Source of the DNA: Chrysomallon squamiferum | Taxonomy: Eukaryota > Animalia > Mollusca | Direction: 5' to 3' | Length of the DNA: 64,000 nucleotides | Assembly (NCBI GenBank): GCA_012295275.1 | Contig: CM022672.1 | Span: 17,298,001-17,362,000 of the forward strand | Part shown: piece after piece, positions 13,769 to 27,500 of the stretch | Numbering within the stretch: position 1 is the first letter of the stretch | Layout: each line of letters begins with the position of its first letter | Translations under genes and position numbers: made by a program | Notes under the pieces: model-generated | Told to the model about the DNA's origin: nothing | The model's input: the letters and a program-made list of their open reading frames with translations, nothing else | The model's database searches: none

Positions 13769-15436
13769 AATTACATAATACATATATAAACACATAGACC
13801 ACACACACACACATACAGACACACACCTTTGTAGAAGACCTAGTAAAGTTTAGTAAATAAACACTTCAATACCAGTATCAGATGTACATGTATGTATGTA
13901 TAACAAAATATGCAGCAAAGTTAATTTTAAAATATCTTTTTGTAGAGTTTCTCAAGATAAAACTAATACTTTACAAATAATAATAGTAAATTCAAGCATG
14001 CAGGTGCAAATAAATAATTATTCTAAACCAACATCAACAAATTGATAAATTATCCAGTCTTGTGTATTTTTTAAAATGGCAAACATGCTTCTAACAATTA
14101 ATTTTAAAATAATCCAATATATAACCTTCAAACATCTTTATAACTTTAAAATCAAACATGCACTTTTTTAAAACACTGGACATTTTATAACTTTATTTAT
14201 ATATATATATATATTTTTAAATAATTTTGATTTTTTATTAATTTATTACTTTATTAATGTTATACAATACATTTGTTTTTTTTTTTTTTTTTTTTAAATT
14301 AAATAAATGTGATTGTTATCTAATTATGTAACTGCTAGGGAAGGAAAAAAACTGAGAAGACCTTTAAGTACTTAGGCTGCACATATTTAAGTTGCTTTTT
14401 TATTATTTATTTATTTTTATTTTTTAGCTCAAAGGCTTAAAAAAGGGGACATTTTTGACTTCGAGTATAAAATTAAATAATGTCCCTGAAGCAAGCATGA
14501 CTCACAAACAAGACCCAGTTTTCTTTACACAGTGTTAACATTCTTTTGCTGCTACAAACTTTGATTTTGTTTCTTAGAGCAAGCAACTGAATGATCTGGT
14601 TCAAACTCTGACTAGTGTTAAAATGAAAACAACATGTAAAGGATCAACCAGGCTAATTTTTAACAAAAATGTCCAGGAAAACGGTCGACTTACCACTAGA
14701 AATTCAGAAAAGAAATTATAAAATTGTTATTATTATTATTTAAAACTTTTTCTACATGGCATTTTTGCCCAAGTGTATTAAATTTAATATTTAGAAAAAA
14801 TTTCATATAAGAACCAATTACTGAAACAAATTAATAAAAATAAATAAATAAATAAATAACTTTAGCCAGTTTTATGGTTACAGTTAGTTTTTATTTAGAT
14901 ACAGAAAATGAACAAAGATATTTATAAATTTTTCTTTATAAAGGACTGTACCTTTAAAAAAAATTAAAAACAAACAAAACAAACATTTCAAATGAAAAGA
15001 AATTTTTTTTTTTTTTTCATTTAATTTTATTCTAACTTATTCATGTGCAGCCCATTAGGATATATTTTTAATAAAACCCTACAACTAAATCCTAAAAATC
15101 AAGATTTGATCTAGATCAATAAGAAATAAACAGAAATATTACATACACAAGATTATAAATGAAAATAAAACTACTAAAGAAAGTGTCTAACCAAATCTAC
15201 TCTCTATACAGGTGCTCTCATCTGCCCATCACAGTGTGGTTGGTTTTATTTTCAAAAAATATATTTTTCATTTATTATTATTATTATTATTTTTTTTTTT
15301 TATTATTATTTAATGTAATAATAAAATAAATAAATAAATAAATAAATAAATTAGGAAAAATCTTAATAATAATAATTTTTAAAAATTCTTAATTTTACAA
15401 ATTTAAACAATAAATAAAATATTTTTTCTTTTTCAA

Positions 15437-15474
<38 letters not shown>

Positions 15475-16675
15475 GATGAGAAAACGCAAAATTTATTATT
15501 TTTACTAAGACATTAACCAACTAGACTGTAGTTTGGGTTTTATGATATACAAAGAAAAAAAGAGCTCACAAACATATTATTTCATTCATTGGTGCAAAAT
15601 TTCACTGTTCCTCAAGAAAGAAGAATGGAATGATAGATGGTACAAATAATGACAGATAGATGGATGAATGAATGATGAACACAACACAAAAAGGCCTAAG
15701 TCAGAAGAAACAACAGATGAAAAATGACCAAAAAAAAACAAACAAGTGATGACCTTTCTTAATTCCAGGTATAGCTGTGGATGAAGAAATTATTTTCTTT
15801 TTTAAAATTGTGTTTTTACTTAAGAATGAAGATTAAAATAATATAAATTGTGAATTTTTATGTGCATTTGTGTGGCCTTTGTTAATTCCAGGTACAGCTG
15901 AAGATGAAGTAATGATTTTTAAATTTTGTATTATGAAACTGATGAAATGACAAATTAACATTTGTTTTTGTGTGTTTGTGTGTGTATGAAATAAAAATCC
16001 ATATTAAAATGGTGGTTTCTAACAGTGCACAAATGTTTTTCACAATATGGTGATAATACACTAAACATGTGTTTTTTCAAATGTATTGGTGCATTAATTA
16101 AAATATTTATTAACAAAAGACAACTTCAATTTCAATAATAAATATATAAATAAATAATTCTTCACATATTAAATTTTTCTGAATTAAAATTTCTATTTTG
16201 TTATAAAATTATTTAAATAAATGAAAAAAAAAAAAAAAAAAAAAGATCAAAAGTAAAATAAAATATATATGAATGGATTTTGTACAGTATAAAATTGGGG
16301 TATGCCTGCCATTTATATATAAAATGCATATATTAAGCAAATATGCACTTGCATGTGTTTATCTGAACCGATTATCTGGAAGAATATTTGCACGAAGGAG
16401 TTTTAATTAAGTCTCATTTGGTTATACATAACAACAAAGCCTAATCCGACTGGTAACTCAGACTTACGAGGCCGATGGTATGCTGGCTTTGACTTCTCAG
16501 GTGGGTTGAGGCTAGCTCGTTTCATGTAGCTTTGAGTCCCGTTCGTCAGGTAACTCTGATTGTAAAACCGGCCGAAATTCATTTCAGATTTCCTTTCCAG
16601 TGGAAGAGAACCCTGCAAACAAGCAATACTGTCTTTATTATCTAATATCACTTTAAATTTTTAAATCTGTTTTGA

Positions 16676-16706
<31 letters not shown>

Positions 16707-18396
16707 ATTTTATTTTTATTTTTTTTATGTGTTTTTTTTTTTTTATTAATATTATTATTCATTTAATTAATTTTAAAGTATTCTTAGTATTTTTATTTCA
16801 TCAATTTTATACTTATTGTGATGATAATTAACTACTGAAAGCAATATAAATTAAACTGAAAATAAAAATGTAATAAATAAATAAATAAATAAATAAATAA
16901 CAAGTTAATAAATAAATAAATAAATCTCTAACTTAAGTTCTGATATCCATTTATAACATCATTACTAATAAATTAATCAACCTGTTAATTTCATTAAACA
17001 AAAAAAAAATAATAATAAATAAATAAATAAATAATAAAAAAATTAAATAAATTTGTTAAAATTTATTTGCCTGTCAGCATATATAAAATAAACATAAAAA
17101 ATTTGAAAATATTTATTTGCCTATCTGTATATGTTGTGTGTGCAAAAATCAAACAATATTTTTTTAAATTAGCATAAATGTCTGATTACGAAATGAAATA
17201 AATTAATACAAATTTTCTTGACATTTTATCTTTTTAACCTGCAGCTAATTAATGTGAATGACGAAAGAAAGAACAGAAAAGAACTGATTTACTTATTAAA
17301 AATGGATCTGCTTTAATTTCTTCAAAAAAAACAAAAAAAACCTCTAATAATTAACAGTTTTCTGAATGATATTTTATATACAACATATTAGTGCAACAGT
17401 TAAAGCAGAAAGATTAATCAAAATTATTTCAAAAAATAACAATAATAATAAAAATAAAGATTGATAGATAGAACAAAAGTGGATAGATATGTTTGTAACA
17501 TTATAAAAAAAAAAAATCAACTAAATAAAAAATAATTAGAAGAAAAAATAAAAAAACTAAGATTTGAAATTATAGAAAGATAATTAAAAAACAAATTATG
17601 TACCTAAAAAAAAAAAATGTTTTAAAATTAAAAAAATGGTTACAGAGAGAGAAATCTGCAGATTCACTGGAGAAAATTTTATTTCAAGTTACAAACCTTT
17701 TTGACCATTGGCCAAAATTTTCCAGGGAAACACATTCCCGTTAAAGAATGCATTAAACACTAGAAAGTCAGGTATTGATATTTTGTAAATATATAAATAT
17801 ATCACAGATTTAAATAATATGTGTTTATGACAATGAACTTCTTAATTTCTAATTGTAAAGACAAACTTTTAAACAGAAAAATAAAAGAAAGAAAGAAAAA
17901 AGAACCACGTACATATATATTATTTTGTTTTATAAAATGTATTTAATAAAGAATAACAATATACCAGTAATGAAAGTAAACTAAGATAAAAAAATAATTA
18001 AAAAAACTATATATAAAAATATAACACTAACATTTCACTTAACAGAGATTCAAATAAAATTTGAAATAACATAATTCAGTACCTTAATAATGTAAATTCA
18101 TTTTAAAATCTGCAGAATATAAAATAAAATAAACACTTAAAGCTTTTTGTTTGCTCTAGTGGTGGTACTACAATTTGGTGAGTGTGATATGCTTTTAATG
18201 TTAACTTTTTGTAACAGATAGACAGCATAATATACACAGAGCAGAGTGTTATTAAACTGAGTTAACGAATTTAAGTATTAATATGGAAAATTATGTCGAG
18301 TACCTATCTCAGCAAATAAAACATATGTTTATTTATTTATTTATTTTTTTTGTTAATTAAAAAAAAAAGTTATTAAAAAATAGATAAATAAAGAGA

Positions 18397-18429
<33 letters not shown>

Positions 18430-21400
18430 TAAATATTATAAAATAAAATAAAGAAATTAACAAATAAAGCAATAAGTAAATAAACCAATATTAAGTATTT
18501 TAAAATGATGATAATAAATACAAACAGAAATATTTTTTTTAAATTATTACCATAAATAATTAAACCACAAATATATATACGACATCACTACACCAATAAG
18601 CAATAATCAAATTTTTCGAACTGATAAACTGTGTTTTTATTTTGAGTATTCTATTAAATATATTTCCCTAAATAAAAATTCATGCCTGGTGTATGAATCA
18701 ACTAACAATGAACAACGGACAATGAATAATGAATGGGTGATAAATAAACCACTGAATAGAGAATGAATACTGAATGTTAGTGCTGGATACTCACATTGTG
18801 CCGGTGTCTAAACACACTGCTTGTGGTGGAGGCTGAGGTGAGAGAACAAGTGGGACTTGCACTTCGAAATGAAAACTGAACACAGGACGACAACGAAATA
18901 AAAGAGAAAAACATAAAACAAAATGCACAACACATAAAAACGAAAACCAAAAACCAAAAAAAAACAAAAAAAAAACAACATGGTGGAGGGATAAAAAAAT
19001 CATAAAAATAATAGACACATCCAACTACAAATTACAAATTAAAAAATGTAATAAAGACAATCACCAAATATACACATATAATTATACCTACACATATATA
19101 CATAAGGGGTTATATTAACCTGTTCTAGGAATTTCTTAATGTTTTAAACCTTCTAAATATTAGTATCATCAAAAATTAGATTCTGTATTTATTCATTTGA
19201 CAGATTACTGATATTAAAAATTAAAATAATAAAAAAAAACTATTTTAATTTAACATTTTAAAGTTTATTTGATGTAAGTGTACTGGTCGAAGTATTGAAG
19301 AATTTGCCTTGAAACCACTGAAGAGGATTTAAATTTTGAACTGTTTTTTAATGAATTAATTATGGAACTTAGGTCAGTGAAAATGGCCAGCAAACATTAA
19401 AATTCAGGGAATTTCAAAACACCCATTACAAATAAACTGTTCAAGTTAATACCATGTACTGAACCAAAATAATTATCTACAAACATGTTCATGTTCTTTT
19501 CAACATTTGCTACATATTACAATATCTGACAGCTCATTAAGTTTTCATGGTGCTTCTTGTTTCTGCACTCATTTCTTACAGTTGATACCTAGATCAAAGA
19601 ACAAGCTCTGCAAGTTTTAGTGTTCAATATTTCATACTCAGATAAAATATTACATTTCAAAGTGATACTTGCTGCAAAATTTGAATCTCTAGAAAATCAA
19701 TATTGATGTATGCGGTGCGAAATGACTATAAATGTTGTACTTTTTAAAAACTGGATTCAATCCATAAAACTTGACAAATGTTTTTTTTTTTAGTATTACA
19801 AAATCATCTGTTACTTGGGGCATATGCTACCTTATAGTTATTAGTTAATGCATATCTTTTAATTAAGAACATATTATTGTAAATAAAAAAAAAATTAATT
19901 AAACGATTAAAAAATTAACAACAACAACAAAAAAAAGCTTTAATGATTATTGAAACATAACCTTCTTTACAGGAAGAAAACTAAAAAGACAAAATGAAAA
20001 TTCAAGGTCACCCAACAATTATTTTTCAAAACTATCCATTTTGCAACTAAATTGAATTTGGCAAAATTCCTCCATGTCAGAACATGCAAAACATACAAAT
20101 TATTATTTCTATGATGAGCTCTGACGGCATTGCTTGAACAGGTTGGATCCCTTCCATCCTTTTAATGAAAAAACGTCTTTGAAAGCGTAAACACAATAAC
20201 CCAGTCTTTTTGAAAATCAGCGTGCAGGGTAAAAGGTAAGAGGTTTTATTGATTACATTCTTGCCAAGTTTCATAAAGGATTCTTTCAGCAAAAGTGAGA
20301 TAAACCAAAGATGTATGCCATTTCTGGTTTTATCTCCAATCTCAGAGTTTGCTTGTCAATAAAAATAAACACAGGCTTGTAACCGTTTTGGTCTTGCATT
20401 TGAAAAGTTATCTTAGACAGGACAAATGGTTAAAAATAAATTATTTGATAAAAATAGTTTGTTTAATGTTTTTTTATTATTGCATATATATATATCCTTT
20501 AATGAAAATGTATTTGCCTATTTATTACATATACATTAATGTTTATTTAGATTTATATAACATCTGTAGGTGTTTTTATTTGTTATTTCTATTTGTTTAA
20601 CACACTTCAAAAATAAGTTAATCTGATTATTCTGGGGGTTTTCAAAATAAATATGGATGGAATCATGCTGGTGTTAATCACATAATCACAAAACATTGCT
20701 ACAAAACCAAAAACAAATAATAATACAAAAATCTGTGAATACAGAGAACATCCTCAATGATAACGAAAATTTAGCTTTGTAATATACAGTTACATGAAAT
20801 GACTGGTCAAACTGTTACAATGGCAGTTATTAATAAAATTATATTTTTTGGGATTCACAGAAACTATTAGTTACATGACAGTTACATATAAATTGAAATA
20901 TAAAAGTAAAAACATGTTTGTATTCACATCAATACATTTAGGCTTGAATAAACACCCACTCCCACACACAAACAGTTTACTAGAAATAAATACATACTAC
21001 ATACTACAGATCAAGTTAAAGGTGTACAAGATACTTTTTTCTATTCTTTTCAATTAGTAAAAAATATTATACATTTTTTTCCCCCTAAAACATCATAACA
21101 GTTTGACCAAAAACACAAAATAAAACCATAAACATGCTGCATGATATACAGTGATGTATGACAGGTGAAAATACAGGTGAACACTGCATTTCTAAGTTAC
21201 CTGTTGGTCATTGGGTGTAAACTGTTCCTCATCCTCACTTGCAGAGTGGTCAGTTCCTGAGCCAGGACCTGCAACAATAAGTAAAACATATGTCACCAGG
21301 ACTGAATTTATTTAGTATGTAACACTTTTTAAAGCTATTTTACATCATTGTTTTTGATGAATCAGTCACAAATCACTGACTGGTATGGGAAATAAAATGA

Positions 21401-21497
21401 AAAAGGTAACCATGAAAGATTATAGGTTCAGGGTGGGTATGTTTGTATTTGTGTGTTTATTTGTATGTGTGTATGTGTGGGAGTGTCTGTATGAGAT

Positions 21498-21571
<74 letters not shown>

Positions 21572-24053
21572 TAAGTCAGACAGGCAGAGAGAAAGACTGA
21601 CAGAGAAAGAGAACAGACTGAAAAAAGTCAATTTAAAGACAAATAATTAGATACAACAATAGGATATAACTTCCCTTGAGACCATTTGGACTGAAACATA
21701 AATCTATAAAACAAAGTTTTCTGTGGCTAGAGTAATGATATTTCCAGTCAGATTTATGATCTGCTGACAAAGCATACCTAATTACAGATATTACTGTAAG
21801 TCCTATGATGACCATTGTTAAGCCATATAGCTTCAGCATGAATAATTCACATACATGAATACAGAAGAATACAATGAACTAATGAACTTTAATCGTAGAT
21901 ATCCTGCTTTAATAATGATCCATAAATTATCAAGCTTATTAGATTTGCTTTAAAAACAAAATCTGATGCTTAATAAAGAAAATTATTCCCAATTCATTTT
22001 TATATCGTACTTGTCAATTGTTTTTTTTGTTTTTTTTTTAGATATATTGTCCTGTTTAGGCAATACTCTGTACATACCTTCTTCAAGGAAAGACATGAAT
22101 GTGTAAGGTAACACTGGACAGAGAGCTGAATGCAATGTTTGACAACATACAGCAAGGTCTGTTGTGAATGTTTGGGACTTACTCTATAAACATTACCTCA
22201 GCAACATTTTCTCTCTCTACTTTTTTTTTTTTTTTTTTAAAATGTCATGGCCAGAAAGTTAATTAGCTGTGCTTTGAACTGACACATGAAGCAAACAAAT
22301 GATTTACCCGATAGTGACTGCATAGGTGAGGGCAGTTAATTTTTCTCTTTTTTTAAATTTTATATAAGGTACTCAAGAAAAAAGAATAAAGAATAAAATA
22401 TATATATATATATAAAAAAAGAAAGAAATAAAAAAAAAAAAACATTTATTTTAAAAAAATAAATGGTTTTTTTTCTTATTTCTTTCTTTCTTTTTTAGGT
22501 GGCATTATGGATGGGTATTATAATCTAATTTAAAAAAAAAATTAAATTTAAAATAAATAAAATAAAGTTTGCAAAAATGGAAAAAAAACACAATAATAAT
22601 ACTTAACCATAGACACACACACACACACACACACACATGTACATGTACATTCTTGTATTCATGTACCCATGTATGCACCCATATATACATGTATTAATGT
22701 TTTCTTTAACTTGAATTTAATATCCTTGTTGCTGTTTTTTTAACCTCCACCTCAATATTAAAATATGTCATGAAACATTCATTCAGTATGTTGTTCACAA
22801 AGTCTTTTTCTTATAAAATATTAACTGTTAAAAAAACAATTATCACAATAACATATCGATGCAGGAGGCATTAATAGATCATAAATACACTCAACACACT
22901 GTTTTATTATTTAAATCTATTCTCACCAGAAGGCTTTGTAAGTGACACTAGTTCTTTTTTTTTCCATACATTAAAAATAAATATTTAACACATTTAGAAT
23001 TGATGAATTGGACCATTTTACAATGAAATTATTATTCAGTATTCAGAAAACATTTTTTTGTCGGCTACAGGTTTATCAGAATGTTCCATTTAACTGCAGT
23101 AATACCTTTTCTTTGCCAGTTTAATTTCTATATGCATGTCTGTGTGTTAAATACATCTGCATGAATGTGTCAGTAGATGTTTGTGCACAACTGTACACAT
23201 GGATACATATAAAAAGTGTGTGTATCTTCATTTTTATTAAATTAGATCTTTAAGATTTGCAACAATAATTTTTTTTTTCTTTTAATTTGATATATGTTTT
23301 ATGAAAATGTCATTCGAAAAGCCTGACTAGAATGAGCCTGTCACAGAATCTGTCATTTTGAAATGCAACTGACACCTCAGATAACCTCAACAGGATGAGT
23401 CAGAAAAATGGAAATAGCTGATCTGAATTGAATCCATCATGTGAGATGTAATGTATCACAAAACTTTATTTGAAACACAGAAATTCTATCCAGAATGATT
23501 CTGTTACTTTGTAAATATAGAAGGAAGTTAAATATGACTTTACCAAATGTCACACTTTTGTGTAAAATAAAATTCTGATGTTTAAAACAATCAGATTAGC
23601 TTTTATTAAAAACAATGATTATTAAAATTATTAGAAACATGTAACATTAGACAGTTATTATTGTACAGTTAAGGGAAAAATGAAGGAATAAACAGTTTTA
23701 ATGCAGTTGTAAGGTATGACACAGGTATAATATAGGTAAATATACCAAGTGAGAAAGGAAACCCACTTTCCTGACAAAAGAGTCTAATGGAGCATCACTC
23801 TTCTTCTTACACATAAGTGTTTTTATTAACTGGTATAAGCATTTATATATGAATGTCAAATGGACACACACACATACAGACACTTGGGTATATTTATGCT
23901 CTTAATCAGAATAATATAATATTTAATTTAGAAACAAAATAAATAGAATATACACCCAAAAATAACCCATGAATAAAAAATTAAAATAAAGGTTAAATAA
24001 TGAAGATAAAAAGAATAAAAATAAATGGTAAATATGAAATGATATGAAACCAA

Positions 24054-24089
<36 letters not shown>

Positions 24090-24198
24090 CATAAGAACAG
24101 ATTAAAAAAATAAATAAAATGCATTCGGAAACTTTCTGAAAAAAACAACAAAAAAATCCCAACTAATACTAACAATAAAAAAAAAAAATGAAAATAAA

Positions 24199-24235
<37 letters not shown>

Positions 24236-24564
24236 AAATAAAAATAAAACAACAAACAACACTATCAGTGAGTGTGTGGATGGAATATGATAAAAGCAAG
24301 ATGCACTAACAGGACTTTCATTTCCTGTGTGACCCATGAGATACCTCAGCAGTGATGTAGAAATAATGCACTTGGCTATCAATCAATATTGTTGCAATAA
24401 TTTACACTGTTTAATGCACTACTGCTCATGTGATAAAGCCCACCTAACAGATGAAACAAAGCTGAAATGATATTTGTTACCCATGAAAAGTATTTGAAAT
24501 AATTTCCTTTTTTTTTTTAAATATTTTTTGTTACAAGTTAATAATAATAATAATAATAATAACA

Positions 24565-24598
<34 letters not shown>

Positions 24599-27500
24599 TA
24601 GTTAATTATATAAATAAATAGATAAATAAACAGTAATTTATAAATAAATAGTAATAAATTTGGTAGATTTCAGACATTAATCAGTTAAAGCAGTCCACAT
24701 GTTGGAATCAGCATTGTTTCACCTTTTTTAATCATCATTATATAAAAATATACGATTAAGTTTGATGCCTAACAATCATTTACTTTAAAATGTGTAGAAA
24801 AGTCTTCAAAACAAAAATAATTATTCCTTCACGCACAAAAAAATGTAAAATAAAAGTTTACAGCCAACATGTTTTTTTCTTCTCACTTTCTGAAAAGCTA
24901 TAAATTTCACATGTAAACAAAACTGATAACGACACATGACCCACAGCCAATTAATTTGGTGAATTAATGAGGGTCTACCTACTGGGTACAATTTCTTATC
25001 ATCCTCACACTAACATTTTTTTTCACCCATTTCTGTATATCATTAAGAGTATCACGTTTCAAATGTTCGTGTCTTATAGCTGGAATCCTTGTATGTTTGA
25101 AATGAAAACAGAATTAATTAGAAACTCAGGTTTCATTCATGGTTAATATGCAGCAGAGAGTTCTAATGTACTAAAAATAGTTTTTTTTTTTTTTTTGTAG
25201 TGTTTTATGTTGAAAATTATGCGTGCAAAGACACAAAAAACACATGCATTCAGTAGGTATCAGAAACAATCATTGTTACAGATATCATTTTAGTATCTTC
25301 CACTAACTTCACATTATGATGAAAGAATTTCAACTTCACAACCCAGTGATGATGATTCTGTTAGGTTCAGATGGCAATGACAATGTGTATAATTCTTTTT
25401 CTTTTATTATCAGTAGTGTTTTTTTTAAAAGATGTTAGACTTCTTGTTTCCCTTGTATCTTTACCTATCTTTTCTCTAAAGATTTTCATTCAAGAAAAAG
25501 GTTGCTGAAGTCCAAAGATGATGTATTTTTTTGTTTCTACAACAATTTCACTGATATTCAATTTCCACCTGGTCTGTGTACAAACTGATATGAATGTAGT
25601 AAACAGTGACTGTTTTTTTAACATAATTCTTTGTAAAAATTAAAAAGGACTTTTATTACTAACCCACTGGTTATTTTCTGGCATAAAAAAAGTGAAAAAG
25701 AAAAAAAAAGAACACTTAGAACAGATGGAAATTCCTGATGTTTACATGATTATTACATGTCAACAATAATAGAATAAAAATATTAAATTCATTCACATGA
25801 AATAACTTAGTAATGCCTTTGATATATCAGATGTGCAGCACTGGCTAGAAATTGAATCAGATCAACAATCAGCTTGGCTACTAAACAAAAAAATCACCCA
25901 AGGCAATAGGGATCTGAGACCAACCCACCCTTGCAATTTATATCATTTTTTAAAAATTTTATGATTCCATTCCTAAAGGGTGCTCAGTAATACATCACTA
26001 TTTTACTTTTACAGCAGAATTTATTTTCATAATAATTTGACACTTTTGTTTATATAAGTTTTCTTTTTTCTTTTCAAAGATTGTGTATTATTTATTTATC
26101 TTGCTTTTGTTTTCCTTTTTTTTTTTTTTTTTTTTTTTATATGTAAAAAAAGCAAGGAAAAAGTTAATTGCTGCTGTACTGGAATGTGACTTTTCAAAGG
26201 TCTTTCTAACAGATTTTATAGCTGTTTGACATTTTCCTATAGTTTACAGGAATGTGGGTGTCAGAAAACATTCTGGTTTTCTCTCATCTTGTGAGACCAA
26301 GTGGCAGCAACTCAGTTGGTTATTGGCTTTCAGCCACTGGCTTCTTACGTAGAAAACAGGAATGGAATAATTTGTTTAAATGTGTCTGTATAAGTGTGAG
26401 TGTGTGTACGGTACACATCTGTGTTTGCCTACATCTGTTTGCCTACAAATGTGTATGCAATATTTATGTAATACATTTTCGACAGATACTAATTTTTTTT
26501 TTTTTTTTTGCTGTTGTGTTTTTTGAAATGTGTTTTCAGTTCAGAAATTACTAGTAAATTGCTGTACTAAACAATTCTTATTTATAGCAAATCATCATAG
26601 TGAGAAAAAAAATATTTATGAAAAATAATCTTTGTTTATTTTATTATATTATCAGTGAAAAATAAAGAGAATAAAATAGTCTTTGAAAATAGAAAAATCA
26701 GAAAACTGAAGAAATAAATGAAAAAGAAAATTAAATTTTTTTTTTTTTTTTAATATATATATATATATATTGTGATAATAATAATAATAATAAAAGTAGT
26801 AGTAGTAGTAATAGTAGTAAAAATAACTGACCACAGAACTCTAACCAAAACACAAACCAGACTGACACATCTTATCATAACATAAAACTGATATCCTGAG
26901 ACAATGTGTTTGGTAAATATGTGAAGGTCAGAAACCACTGTAAGCTCAAAGACCTGGTAATAAAAAAAAAATAAAAAACTAACTGGACAAGCTTGGCTGG
27001 AGTCTGTTAGGGAATGTCTTCATAAATTAGAATGGTATCAGCTCTAATCAGCACCTACTGCTTTCATAACAGAAAACTGCACAGTGAAATATTGGAATCA
27101 TCATGTTTATTAGTTTAATTTGAAGTTTTTCCAAATAATAAAACATCAGCTGGAGGCAAAATTATCACTCAAGTCTCAGGCTGGAATGTACCAAACAGGA
27201 AACAGTTCAACACTTTATTATTTTTTAATCATCAAATAGTAGTAATTTTCCATCTTTATCTTTCAGGAATTTATTATATTTTGATAATTCTTAGATTCAT
27301 TATAAACATTGCTATGACCATGACCTTGGTGTTGATCTCAGTAAAAGATATTTAGATGGAGTTGTAAAAAAATAAATGAATGAGATTTTCTAACAATTCT
27401 TTTAATATTTTTATATTAAATATTAAAAGTAATGGTCATGAAAAAGAATTTCAGTGCTGCTATGCTAATTTTCCATAAAACAGAAAGCTCATAATCAACC

